Source: Terriglobia bacterium
Lineage (GTDB): Bacteria > Acidobacteriota > Terriglobia > 20CM-2-55-15
DNA: 64,000 bases
Direction of reading: 5' to 3'
NCBI GenBank assembly: GCA_965262675.1
Contig: OZ253554.1
Coordinates: 570,997 to 634,996, forward strand
Positions 11,193-21,680 of the stretch are shown in pieces. Position numbers and translations under genes: made by a program. Every line of letters begins with the position of its first letter. Position 1 is the stretch's first letter. The notes beneath the pieces are model-generated. The model had not been told where the DNA came from, ran no database searches, and saw only the letters and a list, made by a program, of their open reading frames with translations.

Positions 11193-11590
11193 TCGCAAGC
11201 ACCCGGAGCCATCTGTAGCGGGTTCGTCGAATCCGTCCCGCGCTGTGTCGAGACCGATGACCGTCCGCGTTGGGCCCTTTCCCGCGTCCGATCAACTCCC
11301 CAAACCGACACCGGGGACGCGCTGCCAAATGGAATAGGAACGGCGGTAGCCGGATTGAGTATCGATCCGATCGGTTCCCTCGCCGGTTCAGAGGATGAAC
11401 TCCAATTCATACTTGATCTTCCCGCCTTGTTGGTCCCGATATCGGTGCCGGAATCGAACAATCATTCCAATAGCGGACACTCGGATCTCACACACCAGTG
11501 CCCGAACAAGCCCTCGCGCTGAATCATAAAATCACCTAAATCATTGAAATAATTTGGCTTCTGCCAAGCTGAACTGGTTCCAGAAGCACT

Positions 11591-11606
11591 TGGTATGCAA
11601 GTTGCA
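11591..11606 (+). promoter_or_regulatory. sigma54 -24/-12 promoter
   Basis: TGGTATGCAAGTTGCA fits TGGCACG-N4-TTGC with correct GG/GC spacing. An AT-rich stretch lies upstream and a sigma54 activator is encoded downstream in the cluster. Confidence 0.65.
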
Positions 11607-11632
11607 TTCAGTTAACCGAACGGTTTTGGGGG

Positions 11633-14197
11633 ATGCGACAGGGCACGGCGCGTTCGATCTTCCGGGAGGAACGGATGGCTCATTGGCTCGGTAGTACGAT
11701 CAACGTGTTGGGCGGTGAGTTCCGCGATGCCATACGACATCTTGCTGGAACTCCGGCGTTGACTACCGCTGCGATCCTGATCGTCGCGTTGGCGATAGGC
11801 GCGACGGTTACTGTGTTTAGCCTACTCGATCGTGTCCTTTGGAAACCACTGGATGTCGTTGAGCCATCCAGGCTCGTTGTCGCTGCGCGCAACGGACAGG
11901 GTAACCTCATGCGAACGGGCTTCTGGTGGGGAGATTACGAGCGGCTCCGAGCGACGTCCATGCGCACGCTCGGTGGTCTGGCAGCGTCCAGTGACTCCGG
12001 TGATCCCGGGACGAACGGCATTCCATCCGTGTTCAGACCCGGCGCTCCCATCGAGCATGTGCGGGGTTCTTTCATAACAGCAAACTATTTTCGTGTTCTC
12101 GGTCTCACTTCGCAGATCGGTCGAGGTTTTAGTCCGGCAGACGACGTCGGTGGTGCGGAGCTCGTGACGATACTGAGCCATCGAGTGTGGCGCAGTCGAT
12201 TTGGCGGCGGTGTCGGAGCAGTCGGTCAGACCATTGAGGTCAATGGGCATATCGTTCGGATCATCGGTGTCGCTCCGCGCAGTTTCACGGGAACCGATAT
12301 TACCGTCACGCCGCCGGATCTATTCTTTCCCTTGATGGCCGCAGAACGTCTGGTACCCGCAGGAGGACTACAGACCGATGGACGAGGAAATATTTTCAGT
12401 CCTGGGTCCAACGACGCCGCCGTGTCACCGATCGATCCACTTACGTTGCTGACGATCGTTGGTCGGTTGAGAGAGGGAGTAGAGATTGAACAGGCCCAGG
12501 CTGAATTGGAAGTGGTGGTGGGACCCAATGAAACTATGACCCTGGTTCCTTTGACTGCGGCCGCCTTTTCGTTCCAGTCAGGCACCGGCATCCGAGGCTT
12601 CATTGCACTGCTCGCCGCGGCCGTGAGTCTGACGTTCCTGGTTGGATGTGCGAACCTCGCAAATCTTTTGGTCGTCCGCGTCGAGAAGCGACGGAGCGAA
12701 CTCGCCGTTCGCATGGCACTTGGAGCGAGTCGATTTCGACTCGCGCGCGGGCTGGTGGTCGAAGCTGGCGTGACGGCGCTGGCGGGCGGGGCTATAGGGT
12801 TGCTGGCCATGAACTGGATCAGCCGGGGGTTGTCGTTCTTCGAATTGCCCGGTGGCATCGCTATCTCGACCTTGCGGGATAGCATCGATGCGCGAACGGT
12901 AGCCTTCGCGGTATTGGTCACGGCCGTGTTCGCTTTCATCATCAGTTTGGCTGCCGTGTGGCGCGTCGCATCGATCGATCACTTGGGTAATTTCAACAGA
13001 ATCGCCGGATCGTCGAGACGCGGAGCGGTCCGCCCCTTGGTTGGCATCCAGATAGGTATCAGCATCGTTCTCGTATTCGGCGCGATTCTGTTCATCAGGA
13101 GCGTTTCCGAGGGACTGGCGACGGACCTTGGTTTCGAGCCGGACGAGCTGATGGTGGCCTCTGTCAGCCCTCCCGCGATGACTACACGGGCCGCGGGTTT
13201 CCGGGCACAGGCTGCGGTCGAGGGATTGCTGGACAGTGTGATCGGGACGTCCGGTGTTTCGAATGCAACGATCGGGCTGGTACCCGTCTTGTCGGGGAGC
13301 AACTCTTCGGTGGATCGAGTACGGGTCGATGGCCGGGCGGTAAATCTACCCGTGCCGCTACAGACGTTCTACGTCGGTCAAAACTATTTTGCGACGTTGC
13401 GCCAGGATCTCGCTCAGGGTAGGGACTTCACGTCTGCCGACCAGACCGGTGCTCCTGTAGCCATCGTCAATGACGCGGCAGCTCGGCGCCTGTGGCCGAA
13501 CCAGGATCCTATCGGTCGTTCGTTGAGCGATTCCGTTCTGCCGAGTCCTTTTACGATCATTGGCGTTGCGAGGGATGCCAAAATTGGAAGTCTCCGAAAT
13601 AGTGGCGTTCCGGCGGTCTACATGACCGGATCGGTTTTTCTTGGCTCACGCCTGTTCGTCGGCGGCAACGCCTTTCTGATCATTCGGACCCGTGGAGGGT
13701 CCGCTTCTGTCTTTCAATCGCTCGATCGTCTGGCTGCGGACGCTGGATTGTCGATCGGTGAGGTGTCCACTGTCGACGAACGGATCAGAGCGCTCCTGAT
13801 GCCACAGCGTTTGGGGCGTGCGATGCTCATCTGGCTGGGCATCATGGGATTGATGCTGACTGGAGCGGGAATCTTTGGTCTCGTGTCCAACGCAGTTGCC
13901 AGGAGCGAGAAGGAGATAGGGGTGCGTCGGGCTCTGGGCGCGTCACGAAGTGACGTCGTCCGCACAATCATGAAGAAGACGCTCAAGCCGATACTCGCGG
14001 GCATTGTGTTCGGTACGGTCGTGGCATGGTGGGCGGGGGGCTTTGCTGACCGATTCATGTACGGAATTGCGGGATCCGATCCGGCGACGATCGTCATTGC
14101 CGTTGCCACACTTTCAGTCCTGGTCTCCGGCGTGTCGCTGATTCCCTTGAGACGTGCCGTTCGCGTCAGTATCGTCGAGGTTCTCCGTAGCGAGTAG
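11633..14197 (+). CDS. ADOP-family duplicated ABC permease
   Basis: Motifs ALAIGATVTVFSLLD, VGCANLANLL, ELAVRMALGASR and EIGVRRALGAS. The start could be 11675. Confidence 0.9.
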   Translation: MRQGTARSIFREERMAHWLGSTINVLGGEFRDAIRHLAGTPALTTAAILIVALAIGATVTVFSLLDRVLWKPLDVVEPSRLVVAARNGQGNLMRTGFWWGDYERLRATSMRTLGGLAASSDSGDPGTNGIPSVFRPGAPIEHVRGSFITANYFRVLGLTSQIGRGFSPADDVGGAELVTILSHRVWRSRFGGGVGAVGQTIEVNGHIVRIIGVAPRSFTGTDITVTPPDLFFPLMAAERLVPAGGLQTDGRGNIFSPGSNDAAVSPIDPLTLLTIVGRLREGVEIEQAQAELEVVVGPNETMTLVPLTAAAFSFQSGTGIRGFIALLAAAVSLTFLVGCANLANLLVVRVEKRRSELAVRMALGASRFRLARGLVVEAGVTALAGGAIGLLAMNWISRGLSFFELPGGIAISTLRDSIDARTVAFAVLVTAVFAFIISLAAVWRVASIDHLGNFNRIAGSSRRGAVRPLVGIQIGISIVLVFGAILFIRSVSEGLATDLGFEPDELMVASVSPPAMTTRAAGFRAQAAVEGLLDSVIGTSGVSNATIGLVPVLSGSNSSVDRVRVDGRAVNLPVPLQTFYVGQNYFATLRQDLAQGRDFTSADQTGAPVAIVNDAAARRLWPNQDPIGRSLSDSVLPSPFTIIGVARDAKIGSLRNSGVPAVYMTGSVFLGSRLFVGGNAFLIIRTRGGSASVFQSLDRLAADAGLSIGEVSTVDERIRALLMPQRLGRAMLIWLGIMGLMLTGAGIFGLVSNAVARSEKEIGVRRALGASRSDVVRTIMKKTLKPILAGIVFGTVVAWWAGGFADRFMYGIAGSDPATIVIAVATLSVLVSGVSLIPLRRAVRVSIVEVLRSE

Positions 14198-14257
14198 TTT
14201 CGCTTGCTCGCATCGCGGACCAATGCAGTCGTTGGCTAGATGGCCGGGGAGGTATTG

Positions 14258-14815
14258 ATGAAGACAATCTTTCGAATGGGCACGATCTCGCTTTTCCTGA
14301 TGGCCCTCGGGTGTACACCACAGCAAGAAGACCCGGAAGCCGTGTCCGACGCGACTGTTCCGGTTGAGAGGGATCTTTCTGTCGCGACGCGAGAAGTCGA
14401 GTCGTCGGGGTTGGAAGGACTGGTATTGGAACGCCTTGAGGGGGCCGAACAAGGCGTCCGTGTGCCGGCAGGCTGGACGCTGACGCTTGCGCTGACCGAT
14501 GCGCTTAGCACTGAACGAAACCAAGCTGGCGACGAATTCACGGCGCGGCTGGTGGATGCCGTCACGATGGACGAAGAGACAGTGATTCCAGCGGGTTCAA
14601 CAGCCTACGGTCGAATAGTGACAGTGGAGCCCAGTGCCTACGGGCCGCGCATCGAAATGTTGCTAACGCGACTCGAAGCGGGAGGGCGTTCGTATGATCT
14701 GGAGACGAATCAGTTTGGGAGGGTAAGTGTGGGGCCTCAAGACTCAGCCCTGGAGCTTGCCGCCGAGGACACGATGGATATCACACTCGCCGCTGCGGTG
14801 ACGATCGTCCCATGA
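14258..14815 (+). CDS. Putative lipoprotein
   Basis: Lipobox ALGC and a beta-rich domain (LSTERNQAGDEFTARL...IPAGS). GGAGG RBS before the ATG at 14258. Confidence 0.7.
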   Translation: MKTIFRMGTISLFLMALGCTPQQEDPEAVSDATVPVERDLSVATREVESSGLEGLVLERLEGAEQGVRVPAGWTLTLALTDALSTERNQAGDEFTARLVDAVTMDEETVIPAGSTAYGRIVTVEPSAYGPRIEMLLTRLEAGGRSYDLETNQFGRVSVGPQDSALELAAEDTMDITLAAAVTIVP

Positions 14816-15017
14816 TGCGACCATGCGGCAGTCGGAAAACGAGTTTGATGCAATCGTTGCATTCCGGTTCCCGAACGGTTTTGGGGGATGCAACAAGGCA
14901 GTACGGCAAGCAGCATTCAACCATGTTGTTCATTGACCAAATGGGAACTCCGCCGTGAACTGGTAAATTTATCTCGGCAAGATGCGGTCGAGCGCAACCG
15001 ATCACAAGCCAGAATCC

Positions 15018-17441
15018 ATGTTCCAACAGAAAACGGGTAGTCGCTGGAAGTCAAGAAGGTGGGCCGTCATCTTGACGCTTGGCGTGGTCATCATGTTTGT
15101 CAGCACGAGTCTCAGCGTCGTTGAGACTCTTTTTTTCAACCGCCTGCCTGTAGCCAATGAAGGCTCATTGACGATCATCGAACACAACGCTTCCAACCTT
15201 CTGCCTGACGGATTCCCGGGCAGGGGAACGTATCTCCCATATGCGGCTTTCGAATATCTGGGTCGGGATTTCATGGGGATGGACATGGCGGCCATGTCCG
15301 CCTATGAAGCCACTATCATGGATCGGGGATTTCCCGAACGGATAGGTATCGAACTGGTTTCTGCCAACTTCTTTCGCGTCCTTGGCGTTGAGCCCGCGTT
15401 GGGACGCACGTTCATCGACAGCGATGAATCCGGGCAGTTGAAGTCCGCAGAACCGGTCTGCGTTATCAGCGAGACACTCTGGCAACGCCGATACAACCGG
15501 GACCCCAACATTCTTGGACGTCAGATATTTCTGAATGGCGAGAGCGTAACAATTGTCGGCGTCTTGCCCCCGGGCTTTGAGAGTTGGCGGAATGAAAGGA
15601 CCGAACTCTGGGCGCTACTCGATCGATCCCCCTCGGTTCTATCGCCCACGGCGTTGGCGGGACCGAACTACCTGGTCATCAGGATCGTTGCCCGCGTGCC
15701 TTCGAACCGCAGCCTCGCAGAGGTTCGAAGCGGTGCGGAGGCCGCGCTGGCTGAATCGCCGGACTTCAGATTGCGAGAATCCGTCGAGGGTGTCCTGGTG
15801 TCCCCCCTTAGAGGCGCGATATCCGATCCGCGGGTTGAGCGGGCTTCAATACTCATGCTCTTCGCAGCGCTTCTGGTTATGGCGATTGGAGTCCTGAATG
15901 CCGGTAATCTTTTTGCGGAAGGTTCAATATCGAGAGCACGCGAAATAGCGATTCGCGTGGCTGTAGGGGCGACTCCATTACGGATATGGCGCCGGCTCAC
16001 TCTGGAGTCTCTTGGCCTTGTGTGCGCCGCGTCGTTGTTGGCCCTGATTGGCACCATGGCCTTGTCAAGTCTGATCGACATTACCTACTCGGGAAGTCTT
16101 GCTGCCCCGGTGGGACAGATGAGTTGGCGGATGTTTCTGGCGAGTTCAGGCGCCGTGGCCCTGTTCACCTGCCTTTGTGCCGCCGTGGTGTATTGGCGGC
16201 CGGTCAGGCACGTTGCGATTTCCGGATTTTCATCCGATTCTGTCAATTCGGAGTCCCCGCGTTCCCAAAAGCTGAGGCTTGTACTTCTTGCCGTTCAAGC
16301 GGCATTGGCAACTTCCGTTACGTTATATACCGTGGTCGCTGTCGATAACCTTGCCCGCCTGACTTTTGTGGAGTGGGGATTCGACTCCACTGACGTATTC
16401 ACGATGCAGATCGACCTGAGTGGCGATGAATACCAGCCGGAACGAGCGAATACAATGTTCGGCAACCTTCGGCAGGAGTTGGGCGCCCTGAACGGCATTA
16501 ACGGCGTCGCAATATCGACTAACCTGCCCATTCCGAATTCCGGTTTTACAGCTTCGCTGAGTCTTGAAGATGGCCGAAGAATTCTGAACTCGAGTCTCGA
16601 ACCGACGCCGGGCCAGCATTATGTGACACCCGGATTCTTCTCGACACTCGGAATTCCATTTGTCCAGGGACAGGGCTTCACCGATTCCGATGTCAGACTG
16701 CAACGCCCGGTGGCGGTCGTCGATGAAACGTTTGCACGGCAGTACTGGCCGGGAAGAGAACCTCTTGGGAGATTCCTGCGCTTTGACAGCGACGAACCCT
16801 GGTTGGAGGTCGTGGGCGTGGTGGGTCGAGTCAGAATAGGGGAACCCGCGATGGCTTTCAAGCCAGAGGTCTATCTGCCATTCTCTCAACGGTCCGCGGC
16901 GTTCCTGTCAATCAATGGCGAGTTCGAGCGGGCGGCGGTTCTGAATCGAGTGAGAGAGATCGTCAATCGAAGCTCACCGGGCGGGGTCGTTTATGACGTT
17001 GAGTCTCTGGATTCAAGAATTTCGATGACAAGCGTAGACCTGCGATTTACGACTACAGTGGCAACGATTCTCTCTTCGGTGGGTGTGATCATCGCGTTGT
17101 TCGGGATGTATGCATTCGTAGTGTTCTCGGGGAACGAACGTCAACGGGAGATTGCGATTCGTGGAGCGCTGGGCGCCAGCAGATGGCAGATCCTGCATAC
17201 AGAATTGCGGAACGTGATAGCGAGCATCGCATTCGGTCTGGTTTCAGGAACAGGTTTGGCGCTCCTCCTCAGCGAAACGGTGCGGAGATCCTTTCCCGAA
17301 CTGGACACTGCCGCGATATCGGTCTTCGCTTTTCCAGTGGCTGCTGTGCTTTTGGCGTTGTGCATGGCGACGGGTGTGCTGGCCGCTCAGTCCACACTGT
17401 CCTCCCATCCATGGGCGATCCTCAACCGGAACCAAAAGTAG
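15018..17441 (+). CDS. ADOP-family duplicated ABC permease (divergent)
   Basis: Motifs VSANFFRVLGVEPALGRTF, REIAIRVAVGA and REIAIRGALGAS. Start uncertain (14982 or 15018). Confidence 0.88.
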   Translation: MFQQKTGSRWKSRRWAVILTLGVVIMFVSTSLSVVETLFFNRLPVANEGSLTIIEHNASNLLPDGFPGRGTYLPYAAFEYLGRDFMGMDMAAMSAYEATIMDRGFPERIGIELVSANFFRVLGVEPALGRTFIDSDESGQLKSAEPVCVISETLWQRRYNRDPNILGRQIFLNGESVTIVGVLPPGFESWRNERTELWALLDRSPSVLSPTALAGPNYLVIRIVARVPSNRSLAEVRSGAEAALAESPDFRLRESVEGVLVSPLRGAISDPRVERASILMLFAALLVMAIGVLNAGNLFAEGSISRAREIAIRVAVGATPLRIWRRLTLESLGLVCAASLLALIGTMALSSLIDITYSGSLAAPVGQMSWRMFLASSGAVALFTCLCAAVVYWRPVRHVAISGFSSDSVNSESPRSQKLRLVLLAVQAALATSVTLYTVVAVDNLARLTFVEWGFDSTDVFTMQIDLSGDEYQPERANTMFGNLRQELGALNGINGVAISTNLPIPNSGFTASLSLEDGRRILNSSLEPTPGQHYVTPGFFSTLGIPFVQGQGFTDSDVRLQRPVAVVDETFARQYWPGREPLGRFLRFDSDEPWLEVVGVVGRVRIGEPAMAFKPEVYLPFSQRSAAFLSINGEFERAAVLNRVREIVNRSSPGGVVYDVESLDSRISMTSVDLRFTTTVATILSSVGVIIALFGMYAFVVFSGNERQREIAIRGALGASRWQILHTELRNVIASIAFGLVSGTGLALLLSETVRRSFPELDTAAISVFAFPVAAVLLALCMATGVLAAQSTLSSHPWAILNRNQK

Positions 17442-17537
17442 GCTGAACTCATTACGTTGAACTTCGGATATGATCGCTCCGCATCCTGATTCCAGGAAGG
17501 CACAGGTCAGCTACGATACCCTGCGGCATACGCCCGA

Positions 17538-18953
17538 GTGACTGGAGTTGAGGAGGAAAACCACCCCGTGGCCGTTTCAAGACAGGCGGAATCGGAGATC
17601 CTGATCGCGGACGACCAGTCCTATGTGCTGGAAGCGCTGCAGATTCTTCTGAAGCCGGAGGGATACCGGATCCATACCGCGTCCTCGCCACGCGCCGTAA
17701 TCGACGCTGTCGACGCGCATGAATTCGATCTCGTGCTGATGGATCTGAACTACACCCGCGATACGACGTCGGGAGACGAGGGCCTGGACATACTGACGGA
17801 GATCCACGGAACGGACTCGACGCTGCCGATCATCGTGATGACCGCTTGGGGCACCATCGATCTGGCGGTAGAGGCGATGAGAAGGGGCGCCCGCGATTTC
17901 GTCCAGAAGCCATGGGAAAACCAGCGGCTGTTGACAATCGTTCGGACTCAGATCGAACTTTGCAGGGCCCTGAGAAATGCGCAGCGATTGGAGTCCGAAA
18001 ACCGCCTTCTGCGCACCACGGGCCGGCCCACGCTCATCGCCGAATCGCCGGCGATGCGACATGTACTTCAATTGATCACGCGAGTGGCCCCTTCGGACGC
18101 GAACATCCTGATTACCGGTGAGCACGGGACGGGCAAGGAGGTTGTCGCGCATACGATTCATGCGCTCTCCAACCGCGCCGGCATGCCGCTGGTGACGGTC
18201 AATGCCGGCGGTCTGGCCGACGGAGTATTCGAAAGCGAACTGTTCGGCCATACGAAGGGCGCCTACACCGATGCGAAGACCGACAGGGTCGGACGCTTCG
18301 AGCTTGCAGACAAGGGAACCCTGTTTCTCGATGAAATCGCAAACGTCCCTATCGGCCAACAGTCAAAGCTGTTGCGGGTCCTTGAAACCGGGGAACTCGA
18401 ACGGGTCGGTTCTTCGAAGACCAGGAAAGTGAATGTACGGGTGATCGCGGCAACGAACGCGGACGTCTCCGTGGAGGTCGATCGTGGACGTTTTCGTCCA
18501 GACCTGCTGTTCCGTTTGAACACGATCGAGGTGAGGTTGCCAACCCTCAGAGACCGCCGGGAGGACATTCCTCACCTCGCGTCGTATTTTCTGCGAACTT
18601 TTGCCGAGCGCTACCGAACGAACGTCCGGAACTTCCAGCGGGATGCGCTTCAGCTGATGACGAACCATCCCTGGCCGGGCAATGTCCGGGAACTGAGTCA
18701 CGCCGTGGAACGGGGAGTCCTGATGGCGCAGGACGAATCGGTCAGTTCAGCGGACCTGGGGCTGCACGGCGCGCAGGAACGCGGAAACACGATCGACAGC
18801 ATGAGCCTCGACGACGTCGAGTCGTTCCTGGTGCGAAAGACCCTGACCCGGCACGGCGGCAATGTCAGTCAGGCAGCGAAGGCGCTGGGGCTGAGCCGCA
18901 GCGCCATGTACCGCCGAATCCAGAAGTACAACGTTCAGAGTTACGAGATGTAG
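17538..18953 (+). CDS. sigma54-dependent NtrC-family response regulator
   Basis: Receiver domain, GEHGTGKE, ESELFGHTKGAYTDA, GTLFLDEI, WPGNVREL and a Fis-type HTH. Confidence 0.96.
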   Translation: MTGVEEENHPVAVSRQAESEILIADDQSYVLEALQILLKPEGYRIHTASSPRAVIDAVDAHEFDLVLMDLNYTRDTTSGDEGLDILTEIHGTDSTLPIIVMTAWGTIDLAVEAMRRGARDFVQKPWENQRLLTIVRTQIELCRALRNAQRLESENRLLRTTGRPTLIAESPAMRHVLQLITRVAPSDANILITGEHGTGKEVVAHTIHALSNRAGMPLVTVNAGGLADGVFESELFGHTKGAYTDAKTDRVGRFELADKGTLFLDEIANVPIGQQSKLLRVLETGELERVGSSKTRKVNVRVIAATNADVSVEVDRGRFRPDLLFRLNTIEVRLPTLRDRREDIPHLASYFLRTFAERYRTNVRNFQRDALQLMTNHPWPGNVRELSHAVERGVLMAQDESVSSADLGLHGAQERGNTIDSMSLDDVESFLVRKTLTRHGGNVSQAAKALGLSRSAMYRRIQKYNVQSYEM

Positions 18954-19073
18954 GTCGCGTCCCGACCCCAGGATCGCGGGCATCCAACGTTTCCGGAGGG
19001 CCTGCCGAAAACCGGGTCCGAATCGTGGCCGATCGATTTCGCGGTCGAGGAACGATCCCGCAATCGAAACGTG

Positions 19074-19307
19074 GCGCGCCTTTCTCAAGGGTTTTCGTCG
19101 CGAAGAGTCGGAGACGCCGTCAGAGCAAGGCGCGCGCCCGGAGGGTACCGGAGGCGTACTTGACGGTACGTCGAGGAGCCCGACCGCGCTTGATCCGGCG
19201 CGAGGAACGCGCCGCTACGCGCCCGGCGCGAGGAACGCGCCGTAGAACGCAGCACTGGCGGATGGATCCGGCGCTGTAGCAGACAACTCGTGAGAAATGC
19301 GGGTTAG
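19074..19307 (+). mobile_element. MITE-like repeat with terminal inverted repeats, copy 2 (complete)
   Basis: Left end gcgcctttctcaagggttttc, right end gacaactcgtgagaaatgcgggttag (reverse complement of the left end seen at 63841). Contains one unit resembling the reverse complement of the 68-bp repeat. Confidence 0.75.
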
Positions 19308-19333
19308 CGCGAGATCCTCTGGTCCAACACTTC

Positions 19334-20689
19334 ATGCAACATCAACGACGCATCGTTTCGCTCGCCGCGCTCGCGGGACTGCCGGGATCGATCGTGGCCC
19401 TCGCGTTGCTATGGATGAACGACTACCCCGCCAGGATTCAGTGGGGCCTCTCGCTGGTCATCGCGGTTGTCTGGATTGGCGCCGCTATTGCAACCGAACG
19501 GCAGGTCGTGTCGCCTCTTCAAGCCATCTCGAATCTGCTCAAAGCTCTTCGTGAACACGACTACTCGGTCCGAGGGAAAGTCGAGTCGCACGATGCGGTC
19601 GGGGTCGTTGTAGAAGAGATCAACGATCTGGCGCACACGCTCCGATCGCAGCGAATCGACGTGCTGGAAGCAGGCAAACTGCTGAACAAGATCATGGACG
19701 AAATCGACGTCGCGATACTCTCGTTCGACCTCGATGACAAGCTGCGCCTGATCAACCGCGCTGGAGAGCGACTGTTGGACGGAACGGCCAAGACACTGCT
19801 CGGCCGTACCGCGGGCGAGTTGGGGCTGGCGGAATGCCTGTATGGCAGGACGCCGCGATTGATGGAGTTCGGTCTGGCGGGAGGAGGCGGCAGGTGGGAG
19901 GTTCGGCGTACCACGTTCAGACAGGGCGGAGTTCCACAACAGCTTCTGGTGCTTTCCGACCTGAGCCGTGCGCTGCGCGAGGAAGAGCGGCGCGCGTGGC
20001 AGAGAATCGTCCGGGTACTGGGCCACGAACTCAACAACTCGTTGACGCCGATAAGTTCCATCTCCGAAAGCCTCACCGGCCTTCTGTCCCGCCGGTCCAG
20101 GCCCAACGATTGGGAGCAGGACCTGACCCGAGGACTCTCGGTGATATCTTCACGTTCGGAATCGCTGACTCAATTCGTCGAGTCCTATTCGAAATTGGCA
20201 CGGCTGCCCGAACCCACGCTGGAGCCTTGCACGATTGCGCCGCTTGTCCGGAGGATCGTCCAATTGGAGACTCGACTGGGTGTCGAGATACTTCCCGGAC
20301 CCGACATCACGATAATGGTGGACGTCAGTCAGATCGAACAGTTGCTGATCAACCTGATTCGCAACGCCGTCGATGCCGCCCTCGAGACCGCGGGAGATGT
20401 CCGCATCGGTTGGAAGAGCCTGCCGACGCAACTGGAACTGTGGATCGAAGACGGCGGGCCGGGGTTGGCCGGCACGGCCAATCTATTTGTGCCCTTCTTT
20501 ACGACCAAGCAGGGAGGGTCGGGTATCGGACTCGTCTTGTGCCGGCAGATCGCCGAGGCGCACAATGGCGCGCTCGTTCTCCGGAACCGCATTCCCGGAC
20601 CCGGATGCGAGGCCCGTCTCCGGCTGCCGAGACATTCGGACCCAACGCCGCCCGGCACATCCTCCACTTCCGAGAACCCCACACCCTGA
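19334..20689 (+). CDS. Sensor histidine kinase (NtrY-like; HAMP, PAS)
   Basis: H-box GHELNNSLTPI, N-box INLIRNA, and DGGPG, FFTTK and GSGIGL. Confidence 0.95.
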   Translation: MQHQRRIVSLAALAGLPGSIVALALLWMNDYPARIQWGLSLVIAVVWIGAAIATERQVVSPLQAISNLLKALREHDYSVRGKVESHDAVGVVVEEINDLAHTLRSQRIDVLEAGKLLNKIMDEIDVAILSFDLDDKLRLINRAGERLLDGTAKTLLGRTAGELGLAECLYGRTPRLMEFGLAGGGGRWEVRRTTFRQGGVPQQLLVLSDLSRALREEERRAWQRIVRVLGHELNNSLTPISSISESLTGLLSRRSRPNDWEQDLTRGLSVISSRSESLTQFVESYSKLARLPEPTLEPCTIAPLVRRIVQLETRLGVEILPGPDITIMVDVSQIEQLLINLIRNAVDAALETAGDVRIGWKSLPTQLELWIEDGGPGLAGTANLFVPFFTTKQGGSGIGLVLCRQIAEAHNGALVLRNRIPGPGCEARLRLPRHSDPTPPGTSSTSENPTP

Positions 20690-20789
20690 AGGGCCCTTCA
20701 CTTGCGGGTCGTTCAAGGACGGGTCAACGAACGATCCATTCTTCAGGGATGGCGTTTCGGAGTTATAATGACGGGCTGAATTTCGCCTT

Positions 20790-20876
20790 GGAGAGGTGCT
20801 AGAGCGGTTGAATAGGCCGGTCTCGAAAACCGGTGTGGGGGTAACTCCACCGTGGGTTCGAATCCCACCCTCTCCG
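20790..20876 (+). tRNA. tRNA-Ser(CGA)
   Basis: Acceptor stem GGAGAGG/CCTCTCC, anticodon arm ccggt-ctCGAaa-accgg, long variable arm, T-loop GGTTCGAATCC. CCA is not encoded. TATAAT at 20764. Confidence 0.97.
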
Positions 20877-21015
20877 TTACTTTTGGAATTAAGGCACCGT
20901 GATGTCGATGATTTCATTCATATCTTGTGTAATTGGTCTCCCATTCAGCCCCCTTAGATCGGAAACTAGATGAGCAGATCCATCGACGCATCGCTTTGAC
21001 AACGTAAAGTTAAAG

Positions 21016-21632
21016 TGACCCCCGGCAAAGCCGGGGGCTTATTTTTGTGAGCCCCTCAAAGGGGCATATTCAGGAGCCGCCTGAAGGCGGCTGGTCCGAC
21101 CACGCCATGTTCAGCTGTTCAAGGCGTTGGTCCTCTTTCTCCTGATCGCGGATGTACTGCCTCACCATTTCCTCGTCCAGCCCCACCGTGGACACGAAAT
21201 AGCCCCGCGCCCAGAAACTTTCTCCGGTGAAGTTGCGTTTCCGACCCATCAGGTTCCGCGCGATCGAAATCGCACTCTTCCCCTTGATGAATCCCACCAC
21301 GCTGGACACCGCATATTTCGGCGGAATGCTGATGCAAATGTGCACGTGATCCGCCATCAAGTGCCCCTCCACGATTCGGCTCTCCTTCTGCCTTGCCAGT
21401 TCGTGAAATACCTCTCCCAACCGCTGGCGGATCACTCCGAATATCCTCTTCCGTCGGTACTTCGGGATGAACACCACGTGATACTTGCAGTCCCATTTCG
21501 TGTGCGATAGGCTCTGGTAGTCTTTCACTTGTCCTCCTTGTTCGAAAGTTGCCGCTTTCCAAGGAGGACTTTCTTCTTTACTGCTTCACTCGGTCAAACC
21601 TTTGCGAGTCTCCCCGGCAGAGCCGGGGGTTT
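21016..21632 (-). mobile_element. IS200/IS605-family element (tnpA only)
   Basis: Near-identical hairpins ccccggcaaagccggggg (about 21020) and ccccggcagagccggggg (about 21612) flank tnpA. Confidence 0.85.
21070..21528 (-). CDS. tnpA: IS200-family HUH (Y1) transposase
   Basis: Motifs YHVVFIPKYRR, DHVH, KGKS, FWARGYFVSTVG and the catalytic YIRDQ. Confidence 0.96.
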   Translation of the reverse strand: MKDYQSLSHTKWDCKYHVVFIPKYRRKRIFGVIRQRLGEVFHELARQKESRIVEGHLMADHVHICISIPPKYAVSSVVGFIKGKSAISIARNLMGRKRNFTGESFWARGYFVSTVGLDEEMVRQYIRDQEKEDQRLEQLNMAWSDQPPSGGS

Positions 21633-21680
21633 ACCTATGGGAATTAGCCCACCGCGATCGAGTAAAAGGGTCCCACCTCC

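Noticed and set aside
21016-21632. IS200 TnpA as the enzyme for the junction element
   Set aside because: Its own terminal hairpins (ccccggca.agccggggg) are not found in the 281-bp unit; proximity alone is not evidence.
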